This document shows positions 9,392 to 20,318 of a stretch of DNA of 64,000 nt, one piece after another. The position numbers and the translations under genes were made by a program. Position 1 is the stretch's first letter. Each line of letters begins with the position of its first letter. The notes under the pieces were generated by a model. It saw only the letters and a program-made list of their open reading frames with translations. It was not told the DNA's origin and searched no databases. This stretch comes from Clostridia bacterium (lineage in GTDB: Bacteria > Bacillota > Clostridia > Oscillospirales > CAG-272), in NCBI GenBank assembly GCA_017450965.1, contig JAFSSQ010000023.1, positions 30,074-94,073 of the forward strand, in the 5' to 3' direction.

Positions 9392-9703
9392 ATGGCAGTC
9401 AAAGAGAAGATCAGAGTCAGACTCAAGAGCTACGATCACGTTCTGATTGACACCGCCGCGAAGAAGATCGTGGAAGTGGCAAAGCGGAACGGTGCCGAAG
9501 TTTCCGGTCCTATCCCGCTTCCCACCGATAAGGAGATCGTTACGATCCTTCGCGCGGTGCACAAGTACAAGGATAGCCGCGAGCAGTTCGAGTATCGCAC
9601 GCACAAGAGACTCATCGACATCCTCAAGCCGTCCCAGAAGGTTGTGGACGCCCTGATGAGTGTCGAGCTCCCCGCCGGTGTTGAGATCGAGGTTAAGATC
9701 TAA
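9392..9703 (+). CDS. rpsJ: 30S ribosomal protein S10 (uS10)
   Basis: [18 protein letters not shown] signature. AGGAGG SD. Start moved from track ORF 9293 to ATG 9392. Confidence 0.96.
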   Translation: MAVKEKIRVRLKSYDHVLIDTAAKKIVEVAKRNGAEVSGPIPLPTDKEIVTILRAVHKYKDSREQFEYRTHKRLIDILKPSQKVVDALMSVELPAGVEIEVKI

Positions 9704-9863
9704 GTTTTTAGGTCAAATATCAAGCAACCGAAATCGCGCACCGCAAACACAAAGACAACAGCCGAGTTGTCTGCCCCAAGGGCAGGAATGATCGGTAACT
9801 TTGTAAGTCATGTTGGCAGAGAACCCAACTGTCAACCAATAATTTACAGGAGGAAAAACAAAA

Positions 9864-10493
9864 ATGAAAAAGGGTATTATCGGTAAAAAAATCGGTATGA
9901 CGCAGATTTTCGACCAGGTCGGAAACGTCATTCCCGTTACCCTGATCGAAGCAGGCCCCTGCGTCGTGGCGCAGAAGAAGACCGTTGAAAAAGACGGTTA
10001 CGACGCGCTCCAGCTCGGTTTTGCCGAAGTCAAGGAAAAGCACCTGAACAAAGCTGAACAGGGTCACTTTGCAAAAGCAAATCTCCCCTTCAAGAAGCAC
10101 CTCAAAGAATTCCGCTTTGAGGATTGCGCAAAGGAAGTCGGCGACGTCATCACCGTCGAGACCTTCGCGGTCGGCGACAAAGTGGACGTGACCGGTCTTA
10201 CCAGAGGTCATGGATACACCGGCTCGATCAAGCGCTGGAACCACCACACCCTCTGCGCAACCCACGGCGTGGGCCCGATCCACAGAGAAGTCGGTTCCAT
10301 GGGCGCAAACTCCTCGCCGTCCCGCGTCTTCAAGAACAAGAAGATGGCCGGTCAGTACGGTAACGAGCAGGTCACCATTCAGAATCTGGCCGTCGTGAAG
10401 ATCGACGCAGAAAAGAACCTCATCGCCATCAAGGGCGCTGTCCCCGGCAACAAGAACGGCATCGTGTTCATCCGCGATTCCGTGAAAGCCTAA
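9864..10493 (+). CDS. rplC: 50S ribosomal protein L3 (uL3)
   Basis: [14 protein letters not shown]-terminus, GGAGG SD, operon order. Confidence 0.96.
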   Translation: MKKGIIGKKIGMTQIFDQVGNVIPVTLIEAGPCVVAQKKTVEKDGYDALQLGFAEVKEKHLNKAEQGHFAKANLPFKKHLKEFRFEDCAKEVGDVITVETFAVGDKVDVTGLTRGHGYTGSIKRWNHHTLCATHGVGPIHREVGSMGANSSPSRVFKNKKMAGQYGNEQVTIQNLAVVKIDAEKNLIAIKGAVPGNKNGIVFIRDSVKA

Positions 10494-10511
10494 CGGAAGG
10501 AGGAAACCAAA

Positions 10512-11222
10512 ATGCCAGTTGTTAAGATCGTAAATATGTCCGGCAAGGAAGTTGGCAAGCTTACCCTCAGCGATAAGCTGTTCGCCGCCGACGTCAACGG
10601 CGCAGTCCTCCATGCCGCAGTCAGAACCTATCTGATGAATCAAAGACAGGGCACGCAGTCCACGCTGACCCGCACCGAGGTTTCGGGCGGCGGCAAAAAG
10701 CCCTGGAGACAAAAGGGAACCGGCAGAGCCCGTCAGGGTTCCACCCGCTCTCCTCAGTGGACGCACGGCGGCGTTGCTCTCGGCCCCAAGCCCAGAGATT
10801 ATCGCCTTGCTATGAACAAGAAGACCCGCAGAGTCGCTCTCTTCAGTGCTCACTCGGATAAAGTGGCAAACGGCAACCTCGTCGTGGTGGATTCCATCAC
10901 GGTGGAGAAGCCTTCCACCAAGACCATGGTCGGCATGTTCTCGGCCCTCGGTTTTGAGAAGAGCTATGAGAAGACCTACAAGACCATCTCTGTTGTGGAC
11001 GGCAAGCCTGTTTACGGCAAAGAGACCAGAACCGCAAAGAAGCCGATGAGCGCTCTCGTGGTTCTCGACACGGTTGACTCCGCAGTCATCAGAAGCTGCA
11101 ACAACATCCCCACCGCGAAGACCACCCAGGCAACCACCCTGAACGTTTACGACGTTCTCAATGCTGAGAAGCTGGTCATGACGGTTGAGGCGGTCAAGAA
11201 ACTTGAGGAGGTGTACGCATAA
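10512..11222 (+). CDS. rplD: 50S ribosomal protein L4 (uL4)
   Basis: GGGKKPWRQKGTGRARQGS motif. Carries an internal insertion of about 30 aa relative to typical L4. Confidence 0.95.
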   Translation: MPVVKIVNMSGKEVGKLTLSDKLFAADVNGAVLHAAVRTYLMNQRQGTQSTLTRTEVSGGGKKPWRQKGTGRARQGSTRSPQWTHGGVALGPKPRDYRLAMNKKTRRVALFSAHSDKVANGNLVVVDSITVEKPSTKTMVGMFSALGFEKSYEKTYKTISVVDGKPVYGKETRTAKKPMSALVVLDTVDSAVIRSCNNIPTAKTTQATTLNVYDVLNAEKLVMTVEAVKKLEEVYA

Positions 11223-11521
11223 TGAAATTCGCTCAGGATATTATTTTGCGCCCGATCATCACCGAGGCCGCTATGGATGCCATGCAGGCAAAGACCTACA
11301 CCTTTGAAGTCAGAAAGGACGCCACCAAGCCCGAGATCGCAAAGGCTGTGGAAGAGGTTTTTGGCAACAAGGTCAAGGTTGCAACCGTTCGCACCATCAA
11401 CATGAAGAAAAAGCCGAAGAGACTCGGCGTGCACATGGGATATACCTCCGAATGGAAAAAGGCCATCGTTACTCTGACGGCCGATTCCGGTGCCATCGAG
11501 TTCTTCGAGGGCTTGAACTAA
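11222..11521 (+). CDS. rplW: 50S ribosomal protein L23 (uL23)
   Basis: TAATG overlap with rplD stop. Conserved L23 sequence and position. Confidence 0.95.
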   Translation: MKFAQDIILRPIITEAAMDAMQAKTYTFEVRKDATKPEIAKAVEEVFGNKVKVATVRTINMKKKPKRLGVHMGYTSEWKKAIVTLTADSGAIEFFEGLN

Positions 11522-11539
11522 GAGTAGGAGGAAACGAAA

Positions 11540-12373
11540 ATGCCTACAGTGAAGTATAAACCCACAACTCCGGCAAGACGGAATATGTCGGTTCCTTCCT
11601 TCGAAGAGATCACTAAGTTTTCTCCCGAGAAGAGCCTGATCGTTACCAAGAAAAAGCATGCCGGCCGCAACAGCTACGGCCGCATCACCGTCCGTCACAG
11701 AGGCGGCGGCAACAAGATCAAATACCGCATCATCGACTTCAAACGTCAGAATGCAAATCCCAACACGGTCGTTGGCATCGAGTACGATCCCAACCGCACC
11801 GCTTACATTGCACTGCTGGAAGACACCGAGGGAACCAAGAGCTATATCATTGCTCCCGACGGTCTGCATGCAGGCGATGTGATCTACTCCGGATCGGATG
11901 CTGACATCAAGCCGGGCAACACCCTGCCGCTTGCCAACATTCCCGTGGGTACTGTCATCAACAACATCGAGCTTTATCCCGGCAAGGGCGCACAGCTTGT
12001 CCGCTCTGCAGGCGCTATGGCTCAGCTCATTTCCAAGGAAGCCAACGGAATGGCGCAGATCCGTCTGCCCTCCGGCGAGACCCGTTACGTTCGCCTCAAC
12101 TGCAAAGCGACGATCGGTCAGGTCGGCAACCTGGAGCATGATACCGTGAAAGTCGGTAAAGCCGGCAAAACCAGACACAAGGGCTTCCGCCCGACCGTCC
12201 GCGGTTCTGTCATGAACCCCTGCGATCACCCTCACGGTGGTGGTGAAGGCAAGTCTCCGATCGGTCATCCCGGCCCTGTAACCCCTTGGGGTAAACCGGC
12301 TCTGGGCTACAAGACCCGTAACAAGAAGGCCCGCACCAACAAATTCATCGTGAAGCGCAGAAACGCTAAATAA
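11540..12373 (+). CDS. rplB: 50S ribosomal protein L2 (uL2)
   Basis: [16 protein letters not shown] and HPHGGGEGK motifs. Confidence 0.97.
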   Translation: MPTVKYKPTTPARRNMSVPSFEEITKFSPEKSLIVTKKKHAGRNSYGRITVRHRGGGNKIKYRIIDFKRQNANPNTVVGIEYDPNRTAYIALLEDTEGTKSYIIAPDGLHAGDVIYSGSDADIKPGNTLPLANIPVGTVINNIELYPGKGAQLVRSAGAMAQLISKEANGMAQIRLPSGETRYVRLNCKATIGQVGNLEHDTVKVGKAGKTRHKGFRPTVRGSVMNPCDHPHGGGEGKSPIGHPGPVTPWGKPALGYKTRNKKARTNKFIVKRRNAK

Positions 12374-12387
12374 GGAGGGAATAGAAG

Positions 12388-12669
12388 ATGAGCAGAAGTT
12401 CGAAAAAAGCTCCCTTTGTGGAAGCGAAACTCTTCGATCGCATTTGCCAGATGAACGACAAGGGCGAAAAGAAGGTTCTCAAGACCTGGTCTCGCGCGTC
12501 CACCATATTCCCGGAATTTGTGGGGCACACCATTGCCGTTCACGACGGCAGAAAACACGTCCCGGTGTATGTGACCGAGGACATGGTGGGACACAAGCTC
12601 GGCGAGTTTGCTCCTACCCGTACCTTCAAGGGCCATGCAGGCTCCAAGACTTCCAACAACGGCAACTGA
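12388..12669 (+). CDS. rpsS: 30S ribosomal protein S19 (uS19)
   Basis: [17 protein letters not shown] motif. Confidence 0.96.
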   Translation: MSRSSKKAPFVEAKLFDRICQMNDKGEKKVLKTWSRASTIFPEFVGHTIAVHDGRKHVPVYVTEDMVGHKLGEFAPTRTFKGHAGSKTSNNGN

Positions 12670-12687
12670 TAAGAGGAGGAAACAGAC

Positions 12688-13023
12688 ATGGAAGCGAAAG
12701 CTTATTTGAAATACGCCAGAATTTCCCCTCGCAAGGTTCAGTATGTTCTTGACCTCATTCGCGGCAAGAACGTTGACGTTGCCATGGGAATTCTGCAGAA
12801 CAAGCCGCGCGCTGCCTCCGAACTGCTTGTCAAGCTGCTTGGAAGCGCAATTGCAAACGCGGAGAACAATTTCCATATGGACGCATCGAAACTGTACGTT
12901 TCGGAATGCTTCGTTTGCCCCGGCCCCACGCTCAAGCGCATCATGCCGAGAGCAAAGGGAAGCGCAGATCGCATCCTGAAGCGGACCAGCCATGTGACCA
13001 TGGTGGTCAAGGAAAGAGACTGA
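12688..13023 (+). CDS. rplV: 50S ribosomal protein L22 (uL22)
   Basis: ARISPRKV...IRGK motif, operon order. Confidence 0.95.
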   Translation: MEAKAYLKYARISPRKVQYVLDLIRGKNVDVAMGILQNKPRAASELLVKLLGSAIANAENNFHMDASKLYVSECFVCPGPTLKRIMPRAKGSADRILKRTSHVTMVVKERD

Positions 13024-13042
13024 GAGAGGAGGAAACAACAGA

Positions 13043-13855
13043 ATGGGTCAGAAAGTCAATCCCCACGGTTTGAGAGTGGGCGTAATTAAAGGCTGGAATT
13101 CAAGATGGTTCGCAAAGGACGAAGTCTTTGGAGATACCCTTGTTTCCGACTACAACGTCAGAAAGTACCTCAAGAAGGAACTCTATGACGCAGGCATTTC
13201 CAAAATCGAGATCGAGCGCGACGCAAGCAGAGTCCGCGTCTTCGTGAACTGCGCAAAGCCGGGTATGGTCATCGGCCGCGGCGGCTCGGAAATCGAGAAA
13301 TACAGACTGGCGATCGAAAAGATCGTCGGCAAACCCACCGTGCTCAACGTGGTTGAGATCCGTCAGCCCGATCTGGACGCACAGCTGGTCGCTGAGAACA
13401 TTGCCCGTCAGCTCGAGGGCCGCGTTGCCTTCCGCAGAGCGATGAAAATGGCGATCCGCAACACCATGCGTCTGGGCGCAAAGGGTATCAAGATCAACTG
13501 CGGCGGCCGTCTCGGCGGTGCCGAGATCGCACGCAGCGAGCACTATCACGAAGGAACCATTCCGCTTCAGACCCTTCGTGCCGACATCGAGTACGGTTTT
13601 GCAGAAGCAAACACCACTTACGGCAAGATCGGTATCAAGGTTTGGATCTACAAAGGTGAGATTCTGAACGAGGTCACTCGTCCGGGCAGCCAGAGACGCG
13701 ACAATCGCGGTGATCGCAGAGATCATCGTCCGGATCGTCGTGACGGCGGCCGTCCGGCAGGAGCCCGCTTTGACCGCCGCGACGGCAACCGTCCGCAGGG
13801 TCAGAGAACCGGTGAGCGCCGCGACAGAACTCCCAGAGAAGGAGGCGCAAAATAA
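13043..13855 (+). CDS. rpsC: 30S ribosomal protein S3 (uS3) with Arg/Asp-rich C-terminal extension
   Basis: [14 protein letters not shown]-terminus, KH domain. 270 aa, i.e. a tail of about 55 aa beyond the usual length. Confidence 0.96.
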   Translation: MGQKVNPHGLRVGVIKGWNSRWFAKDEVFGDTLVSDYNVRKYLKKELYDAGISKIEIERDASRVRVFVNCAKPGMVIGRGGSEIEKYRLAIEKIVGKPTVLNVVEIRQPDLDAQLVAENIARQLEGRVAFRRAMKMAIRNTMRLGAKGIKINCGGRLGGAEIARSEHYHEGTIPLQTLRADIEYGFAEANTTYGKIGIKVWIYKGEILNEVTRPGSQRRDNRGDRRDHRPDRRDGGRPAGARFDRRDGNRPQGQRTGERRDRTPREGGAK

Positions 13856-13857
13856 TT

Positions 13858-14280
13858 ATGTTAATGCCGAAAAGAGTAAAATTCCGTCGTGTTCAGCGCG
13901 GAAGACTGAAAGGCAAAGCCTCCAGAGGTACGACACTCAGCAACGGCTCCTACGGCCTTGTTGCCCTTGAGCCTTCCTGGATCACCAGCAACCAGATTGA
14001 GGCTGCCCGTATCGCTATGACGCGTTACATCAAGCGTGGCGGTCAGGTCTGGATCAAGATCTTCCCGGATAAGCCCATCACAGAGAAACCGGCCGAGACC
14101 CGTATGGGTTCCGGTAAAGGTTCGCCCGAGTACTGGGTTGCAGTCGTCAAGCCGGGCAGAATTCTGTTCGAGATGGACGGCGTGGCCGAAGACGTTGCAA
14201 AAGAAGCAATGCGTCTTGCAGGACACAAGCTTCCCATTAAGACCAAGTTCGTTTCCAAAACCGAAGAAAAGGAGGGTTAA
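13858..14280 (+). CDS. rplP: 50S ribosomal protein L16 (uL16)
   Basis: [12 protein letters not shown]-terminus. Confidence 0.96.
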   Translation: MLMPKRVKFRRVQRGRLKGKASRGTTLSNGSYGLVALEPSWITSNQIEAARIAMTRYIKRGGQVWIKIFPDKPITEKPAETRMGSGKGSPEYWVAVVKPGRILFEMDGVAEDVAKEAMRLAGHKLPIKTKFVSKTEEKEG

Positions 14281-14283
14281 GCC

Positions 14284-14481
14284 ATGAAAGCAGCAGAACT
14301 CAGAAGTATGTCTGTGGACGCGCTGGAGGCAAAACTGAAGGATCTCAAAACCGAGCTCTTCAACCTTCGCTTTCAGCATGCAATCAACCAACTTGACAAC
14401 CCTCACAAAATGACCGAAGTAAAGCACGACATCGCTCGTGTCTTGACGGTCCTTCAGGAAATGAAGAAGAAGGAGGCGTAA
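14284..14481 (+). CDS. rpmC: 50S ribosomal protein L29 (uL29)
   Basis: 65 aa, ELFNLRFQ motif, operon order. Confidence 0.93.
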   Translation: MKAAELRSMSVDALEAKLKDLKTELFNLRFQHAINQLDNPHKMTEVKHDIARVLTVLQEMKKKEA

Positions 14482-14484
14482 GTC

Positions 14485-14739
14485 ATGGAAGAAAGAGCAT
14501 TGAGAAAAACCAGAGTCGGTATCGTTGTCAGCAACAAGATGGAAAAGACGGTTGTCGTTGCCATTGAGGACAACGTGAAGCACCCGATTTACGGTAAAAT
14601 CGTGAAAAGAACCTTGAAGGTTCACGCGCAGGACGACATGAACTGCGGCGAGGGCGACAAGGTCAAATTGATGGAAACAAGACCCCTTTCCAAAACGAAA
14701 AGATGGCGTGTTGTCGAAATCATTGAAAAAGCAAAGTGA
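14485..14739 (+). CDS. rpsQ: 30S ribosomal protein S17 (uS17)
   Basis: [16 protein letters not shown] motif. Confidence 0.95.
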   Translation: MEERALRKTRVGIVVSNKMEKTVVVAIEDNVKHPIYGKIVKRTLKVHAQDDMNCGEGDKVKLMETRPLSKTKRWRVVEIIEKAK

Positions 14740-14800
14740 TTTGCGTTCATTCGAATAGTAAATACGTCGTAGCGTATTGAATCAGTAGGAGGAAAAGAAA

Positions 14801-15169
14801 GTGATTCAACAGCAATCGTTAATGAAGGTTGCCGATAACACGGGCGCCAAGGAACTGATGTGCATCAGAGTCCTCGGCGGCACTGGCAGAAGATATGCCA
14901 ACATCGGTGACGTTGTGGTTTGCGCGGTCAAAAAAGCAACTCCCGGCGGAGTTGTGAAAAAAGGCGAGGTCGTCAAGGCCGTCGTCGTCAGAACCGTGCA
15001 CGGTGTCAAGAGAGCAGACGGCTCCTATATCAAGTTCGACGAGAACGCGGCTGTCATCATTCGTGAAGACAAGACCCCTCGCGGAACCCGTATCTTTGGG
15101 CCGGTTGCAAGAGAGCTTCGCGACAAGGATTATCTCAAGATCCTGTCTCTCGCTCCCGAAGTGCTTTGA
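14801..15169 (+). CDS. rplN: 50S ribosomal protein L14 (uL14)
   Basis: GTG start. [17 protein letters not shown] signature. AGGAGG SD. Confidence 0.96.
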   Translation: MIQQQSLMKVADNTGAKELMCIRVLGGTGRRYANIGDVVVCAVKKATPGGVVKKGEVVKAVVVRTVHGVKRADGSYIKFDENAAVIIREDKTPRGTRIFGPVARELRDKDYLKILSLAPEVL

Positions 15170-15184
15170 TGGAGGATAACGACA

Positions 15185-15502
15185 ATGGCTAAACTGCATA
15201 TCAAAAAAGGCGATACCGTTGTGGTTCTCTCCGGAGATGACAAGGGTGTTCAGGGCGAAGTGATCGCCACCTCTCCCGCAGAGGGAAAAGTGCTCGTCAA
15301 GGGCGCTAACATCATTCACAAGCACCTTAAGGCCCGCAAGCAGGGCGAGACCGGTGGAATCGTGGACGCCGAAGGCGCCATCTACGCTTCCAAGGTCGCC
15401 CTCTATTGCCCCAAGTGCAAAGCCGGCGTCCGCGTCAAAAACGTGATGGACGGCGACAAAAAGGTTCGTGTCTGCGCAAAGTGCGGATACAAATTCAACT
15501 GA
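15185..15502 (+). CDS. rplX: 50S ribosomal protein L24 (uL24)
   Basis: IKKGDTVVVLSGDDKG KOW motif. Confidence 0.95.
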   Translation: MAKLHIKKGDTVVVLSGDDKGVQGEVIATSPAEGKVLVKGANIIHKHLKARKQGETGGIVDAEGAIYASKVALYCPKCKAGVRVKNVMDGDKKVRVCAKCGYKFN

Positions 15503-15516
15503 GGAGGGACTAAGCA

Positions 15517-16059
15517 ATGGCAAGACTGAAAGATCTTTATAAATCCGAAATTGCTCCCGCCCTCATGAAGCAGTACAACTACAAGAGCGTGATGCAGATC
15601 CCGAAACTCGACAAGATCGTGATCAACGTCGGCGTCGGCGAAGCCAAGGACAACACCAAGGCGCTCGACGCAGTGCTGAACGATCTGGCTCAGATCTCGG
15701 GTCAGAAGGCAGTCCCCACCTACGCAAAGAAGTCCGTGGCAAACTTCAAGATCCGTCAGGGTATGAAGATCGGCGCCAAGGTCACTCTGCGCGGTGACAG
15801 AATGTATGAATTCATGGATCGTCTCTTCAACTTTGCTCTTCCGAGAGTCCGTGACTTCAAGGGAATCAACCCCAACGCGTTCGACGGTCGCGGCAACTAT
15901 GCTCTGGGACTGAAGGAACAGTTGATCTTCCCCGAAATCGATTACGATAAAGTGGAAAAGATCCGTGGTATGGACATCTGCTTCGTTACCACCGCAACGA
16001 CCGATGAAGAAGCCCGCGAGCTGCTCAAGCTCTTCGGCGCTCCCTTCGCAAAACTCTAA
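15517..16059 (+). CDS. rplE: 50S ribosomal protein L5 (uL5)
   Basis: Conserved L5 sequence (MARLKDLY..., [10 protein letters not shown]). Confidence 0.96.
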   Translation: MARLKDLYKSEIAPALMKQYNYKSVMQIPKLDKIVINVGVGEAKDNTKALDAVLNDLAQISGQKAVPTYAKKSVANFKIRQGMKIGAKVTLRGDRMYEFMDRLFNFALPRVRDFKGINPNAFDGRGNYALGLKEQLIFPEIDYDKVEKIRGMDICFVTTATTDEEARELLKLFGAPFAKL

Positions 16060-16071
16060 GGAGGAACGACA

Positions 16072-16257
16072 ATGGCAAAGAAGTCCATGATTCTCAAAGG
16101 GCAGAAAGAGCAGAAGTTCTCGACCAGAGAGCACAACCGCTGCAAGATCTGCGGCCGTCCTCACGCTTATCTCCGCAAGTTCGGCATCTGCCGTATTTGC
16201 TTCCGTAATCTTGCCTACAAGGGCGAGATCCCGGGCGTGAGAAAGGCATCCTGGTAA
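16072..16257 (+). CDS. rpsN: 30S ribosomal protein S14, type Z (zinc-binding)
   Basis: 61 aa with CKICGRP...CRICFR (CxxC...CxxC). Confidence 0.95.
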   Translation: MAKKSMILKGQKEQKFSTREHNRCKICGRPHAYLRKFGICRICFRNLAYKGEIPGVRKASW

Positions 16258-16394
16258 TCTGTCGTTACCAAACACCCCCCAACGATCGGAAGGAAATTAG
16301 ACCAGCCCATGGCAGTTCGATTTAACCGCCGATTGGCCGCCGCCCGCGAGCGGCAGCAAGAATACTTTTAACTTGCATAAGGAGGATAAATACT

Positions 16395-16793
16395 ATGCAA
16401 ATGTCTGACGTGATTGCCGATATGCTCACCCGGATCCGCAATGCGAACAACGCAAAGCATCCCACGGTCGACATTCCGGCATCCAATCTGAAAAAGGCCA
16501 TCGCCGAGATCCTCGTCAAAGAGGGTTATGTAAAGTCCTACGAAGTTGTCGACAACGGCAACCAGGGCATCATCCGCATCACTCTGAAGTATCTTCCCGG
16601 TAAGGGCAAGGTCATCCGCGGCATCCGCCGTGTTTCCAAGCCCGGTCTGCGTATCTACGCCGGCTGCGAGGATATGCCCAGCGTGATGAACGGCCTCGGC
16701 ATCGCAATCGTTTCCACATCCAAGGGAATCATGACCGGCAAAGAGGCGAAAGCCCAGAACGTCGGCGGTGAAGTCCTTGCGTTTGTCTGGTAA
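16395..16793 (+). CDS. rpsH: 30S ribosomal protein S8 (uS8)
   Basis: [14 protein letters not shown]-terminus. Confidence 0.96.
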   Translation: MQMSDVIADMLTRIRNANNAKHPTVDIPASNLKKAIAEILVKEGYVKSYEVVDNGNQGIIRITLKYLPGKGKVIRGIRRVSKPGLRIYAGCEDMPSVMNGLGIAIVSTSKGIMTGKEAKAQNVGGEVLAFVW

Positions 16794-16814
16794 TCGGAAT
16801 AGGAGGTACTGACA

Positions 16815-17387
16815 ATGTCTAGAATTGGAAGAATGCCTATTACGATCCCTGCAGGCACAACGGTTACGGTCGGCGAGGGCAACCTCGTTACCGTAAAAGG
16901 GAAACTCGGAACGCTCACCGAGAAAATGAGCGATCGTATGACCATCAAAGTGGAAGGCACTGAGCTGACCGTTTCCCGTCCCACCGACGAGAAGGAAGAC
17001 AGAAGCCTCCACGGACTTACCCGCGCACTGCTCTTCAACATGGTGGAAGGCGTTACCAACGGCTTCTCGAAGAAACTCGAGATCGTCGGCGTCGGCTACA
17101 AAGTGGTCAAGCAGGGCAAAGAGCTTCAGCTCTATCTGGGACATTCGCTGATGCCCGGAACCGGTAAGCCTCAGGAAAAATTCATTCTGTCCGAAGGCAA
17201 CGGCATCACCTTTGACGTTCCGGATGCGAACACCATCATCGTCAAGGGCATTGACAAGCAGTTGGTCGGTCAGACCGCAGCCGTGATCCGCGGCAAGCGC
17301 CCGCCTGAACCCTATCATGGCAAGGGCGTGAAGTACGCCGACGAGCATATCCGCCGCAAGGCTGGTAAGGCCGGCAAGGGTAAATAA
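16815..17387 (+). CDS. rplF: 50S ribosomal protein L6 (uL6)
   Basis: MSRIGRMPITIP N-terminus. Confidence 0.95.
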   Translation: MSRIGRMPITIPAGTTVTVGEGNLVTVKGKLGTLTEKMSDRMTIKVEGTELTVSRPTDEKEDRSLHGLTRALLFNMVEGVTNGFSKKLEIVGVGYKVVKQGKELQLYLGHSLMPGTGKPQEKFILSEGNGITFDVPDANTIIVKGIDKQLVGQTAAVIRGKRPPEPYHGKGVKYADEHIRRKAGKAGKGK

Positions 17388-17406
17388 GAGAAAGGAGTGA
17401 CATGAC

Positions 17407-17766
17407 ATGGTATCGAGAAAAGATGCAAACAAGGCTCGTCTCAAGAGACATAAGAGAGTCAGAGCAAAGATTTCGGGTACTGCTGAGCGTCCCCGTCTTG
17501 CCGTGTACCGTTCCAATGCGAACATCAGTGCACAGATCATTGACGACGTGAAGGGCGTGACGCTGGTCAGCGCTTCCACTTTCGGAAACGGATTTACCGC
17601 TAACGGCGGCAACAAAGCCGCAGCCCGCGAGATCGGCAAACAGATCGCAGAAAAAGCAATTGCAGAGGGTATTACCGAAGTCGTTTTCGACAGAGGTGGC
17701 TACCTGTATCACGGACGTGTATCGGAACTGGCTGAAGGCGCTCGCGAGGGCGGCCTGAAGTTCTGA
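17407..17766 (+). CDS. rplR: 50S ribosomal protein L18 (uL18)
   Basis: RLKRHKRVR...[10 protein letters not shown] motif. Confidence 0.95.
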   Translation: MVSRKDANKARLKRHKRVRAKISGTAERPRLAVYRSNANISAQIIDDVKGVTLVSASTFGNGFTANGGNKAAAREIGKQIAEKAIAEGITEVVFDRGGYLYHGRVSELAEGAREGGLKF

Positions 17767-17824
17767 TTTTCCGGTTTATACACTGTTCAAGTTATATTGA
17801 ACATTTTGGAGGAAAATAGTTATT

Positions 17825-18328
17825 ATGGCTGAAAAATTCAACCCGGCTGAGCATGACTTGAAAGAATCGCTCGTCGCTCTGAACCGTGTATCCAAGACCG
17901 TCAAAGGTGGTCGTATCGCTCGTTTTGCCGCTCTCATGGTGGTAGGCGACGGTGCAGGTCACGTTGGCGTGGGCCTTGGTAAGGCAGCAGAAGTTCCCGA
18001 AGCAATCCGCAAGGGAATCGAAGATGCAAAAAAGAATATGGTCAAGGTTTCCATCAAGGGAACTTCGATCCCCCACCAGGTCATCGGTGAATTCGGCGCC
18101 GGCAAGGTTCTTCTGAAGCCCGCCGCTCCCGGTACCGGTATCATCGCAGGCGGCAAGGTCCGTATGGTCCTTGAAGCTGCCGGCATCAAGAACATTCGTG
18201 CAAAGTGCCTGCGCTCCAACAATCCGACCAACGTCGTCAAGGCGACCATGGAAGGACTCAAGTCGCTCCGCACTGCCGAGGAAGTCGCAAAGATCCGCGA
18301 CATCCCGGTCGAACAGATCAAAGACTGA
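17825..18328 (+). CDS. rpsE: 30S ribosomal protein S5 (uS5)
   Basis: [23 protein letters not shown] motif. Confidence 0.96.
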   Translation: MAEKFNPAEHDLKESLVALNRVSKTVKGGRIARFAALMVVGDGAGHVGVGLGKAAEVPEAIRKGIEDAKKNMVKVSIKGTSIPHQVIGEFGAGKVLLKPAAPGTGIIAGGKVRMVLEAAGIKNIRAKCLRSNNPTNVVKATMEGLKSLRTAEEVAKIRDIPVEQIKD

Positions 18329-18343
18329 TGGGAGGGTGACAAC

Positions 18344-18526
18344 ATGAAAAAAGTAACTCTCGTAAAAAGCCTCATCGGCGGCAAGCCGAACCAGAAGGCA
18401 ACCGCAAAGTCTCTCGGTCTTGTTAAAATCGGTGATTCCATCGTTCACGAAGACAACGCAGTCCTCGCCGGCAAGGTGAGAATTCTCGCGCACCTCGTGA
18501 AGGTGGAGACCGTAGAAAACGCATAA
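18344..18526 (+). CDS. rpmD: 50S ribosomal protein L30 (uL30)
   Basis: 60 aa, position between rpsE and rplO. Confidence 0.92.
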   Translation: MKKVTLVKSLIGGKPNQKATAKSLGLVKIGDSIVHEDNAVLAGKVRILAHLVKVETVENA

Positions 18527-18540
18527 GGAGGGAACCGAAC

Positions 18541-18981
18541 ATGAAACTCCATGAATTGAGCCCGGCTGAAGGTTCGGCAAAAGCGGCCTACAGAAAGGGC
18601 AGAGGACCCGGATCCGGAAACGGTAAAACCGCCGGTAAGGGCCACAAGGGTCAGAACGCGCGCTCCGGCGGCGGTGTCAGACCCGGATTTGAGGGCGGCC
18701 AGTTCCCGATTTATCGTCTGCATCCGAAGCGCGGCTTCAAGAATCCCTTTGCAAAGAACTATGCAATTGTGAACGTGAAGGATCTCGAAGCTTTCGTGGA
18801 TGAAACCGTCGTTGATCTGGATCTGCTCCTGGCAACCAGAAAAGTTCGCAAGCCGCTTGACGGCCTTAAGGTCCTCGGTGGTGGCGAACTCACCAAAAAA
18901 CTCACTGTTAAGGCGAAGGTCTTTACGGCTTCCGCCAAGGAGAAGATTGAATCGGCAGGCGGCAAGGTAGAGGAGGTGTAA
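18541..18981 (+). CDS. rplO: 50S ribosomal protein L15 (uL15)
   Basis: [12 protein letters not shown]...[11 protein letters not shown] motif. Confidence 0.95.
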   Translation: MKLHELSPAEGSAKAAYRKGRGPGSGNGKTAGKGHKGQNARSGGGVRPGFEGGQFPIYRLHPKRGFKNPFAKNYAIVNVKDLEAFVDETVVDLDLLLATRKVRKPLDGLKVLGGGELTKKLTVKAKVFTASAKEKIESAGGKVEEV

Positions 18982-18984
18982 AGG

Positions 18985-20298
18985 ATGTTTCAAACCTTCA
19001 AGAACGCATGGAAAACACCCGAACTGAAGAAAAAGCTCCTCTTCACCATCATGATCATTTTGCTCTATCGTATCGGTGCAAACCTTTATGTACCTTTCAT
19101 TGATGTCAATGAAGTACAGAACCTGGCCACCTATTACGAAGGCAGTATCTTCCAGTTTGTCAGCCTTTTGTCGGGTGACGCCTTCAGCAAAGCAACCTTC
19201 TTTGCTCTGTCGGTCACGCCCTACATTACCGCATCCATCGTGATGCAGCTGCTTACCATCGCCATTCCCGCTCTGGAGAGACTCTCCAAGGAAGGCGAGG
19301 AAGGCCGGAAGAAGATCAACAACTACACCCGTTTTGTTACGGTTGCTCTTGCACTCGTTACCGCTTACGGTTACGTGAAGCTGCTTGGCAACTACGGGAT
19401 CCTGACCATCGACAAATCGGTCGATAAAGCCGGTTACTACTTCGGTATGGCTGTTATGGTCGCCTGCTTCTGCACCGGCGCCGCAGTCATCATGTGGCTG
19501 GCAGAGAAGATCAACGATCACGGTATCGGCAACGGCATCTCCATGATCCTGTTTGCCAACATCATTTCGCGCGGCGCCGCCATGGTGCAGGGCCTCATTG
19601 GAATGGTGTCTTCCGCAACCGACGCCAAGGGTTATATCTTCGGCGGACTCAAGATCCTTCTCTCGGTCGTTCTTACGATCGCCGTTATCGGTCTTATCGT
19701 CTGGTTCACCAATTCCGAGCGCCGCATTCCGGTCCAGTACGCAAAGCGCGTGGTTGGGCGTAAAATGTACGGCGGTCAGAACAGCAACCTGCCCCTGAAG
19801 ATGAACATGGCGGGCGTTATGCCGGTCATCTTTGCCAGCTCGATCGTGTCGATCCCGGCAACGATTGCAGGCTTCATGAGCGAAAACGGCTTTACCAAGT
19901 GGGTTTCTACCTGGTTCAACTACAATTCGGCGCTCTATATTGTTCTCTTCATCGTTCTCATTGTTCTGTTCTCTTACTTCTACATTATGATTTCGTTCAA
20001 TCCGGTTGAAGTATCGAACAACATCAAGAACCAAGGCGGTTCGGTTCCCGGCATTCGTCCCGGCAAACCCACTGCCGACTATATCAAGAAGATCCTTAAC
20101 CGCATCACGTTGCTGGGAGCAATCTTCCTCATCGTGATTTCCGGCGGTCCTCTGATCGTTGGTGCTTTGGCTCCGAACTTCCAGAGTATTGCATTCGGCG
20201 GAACCTCGCTGCTCATCGTGGTCGGCGTTGCACTTGAGACCGCTCAGGATCTCGAGGCTCAGCTTTCTATGAGAAACTACAAGGGCTTCCTTGATTGA
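18985..20298 (+). CDS. secY: preprotein translocase subunit SecY
   Basis: 437 aa, 10 TM, conserved SecY motifs, spc-operon position. Confidence 0.96.
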   Translation: MFQTFKNAWKTPELKKKLLFTIMIILLYRIGANLYVPFIDVNEVQNLATYYEGSIFQFVSLLSGDAFSKATFFALSVTPYITASIVMQLLTIAIPALERLSKEGEEGRKKINNYTRFVTVALALVTAYGYVKLLGNYGILTIDKSVDKAGYYFGMAVMVACFCTGAAVIMWLAEKINDHGIGNGISMILFANIISRGAAMVQGLIGMVSSATDAKGYIFGGLKILLSVVLTIAVIGLIVWFTNSERRIPVQYAKRVVGRKMYGGQNSNLPLKMNMAGVMPVIFASSIVSIPATIAGFMSENGFTKWVSTWFNYNSALYIVLFIVLIVLFSYFYIMISFNPVEVSNNIKNQGGSVPGIRPGKPTADYIKKILNRITLLGAIFLIVISGGPLIVGALAPNFQSIAFGGTSLLIVVGVALETAQDLEAQLSMRNYKGFLD

Positions 20299-20318
20299 TC
20301 CGCTTTTCGGAGGAATTT

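Noticed and set aside
18445-20034. 529-aa minus-strand ORF antisense to rplO/secY, plus similar ones at 9720-10853, 11147-12268, 15403-16275, 16368-17639 and 23730-25289
   Set aside because: They lie antisense to unambiguous, highly conserved ribosomal and secY genes. They have the Arg/Gly/Asp/His-rich composition typical of high-GC antisense frames and no SD sequences.
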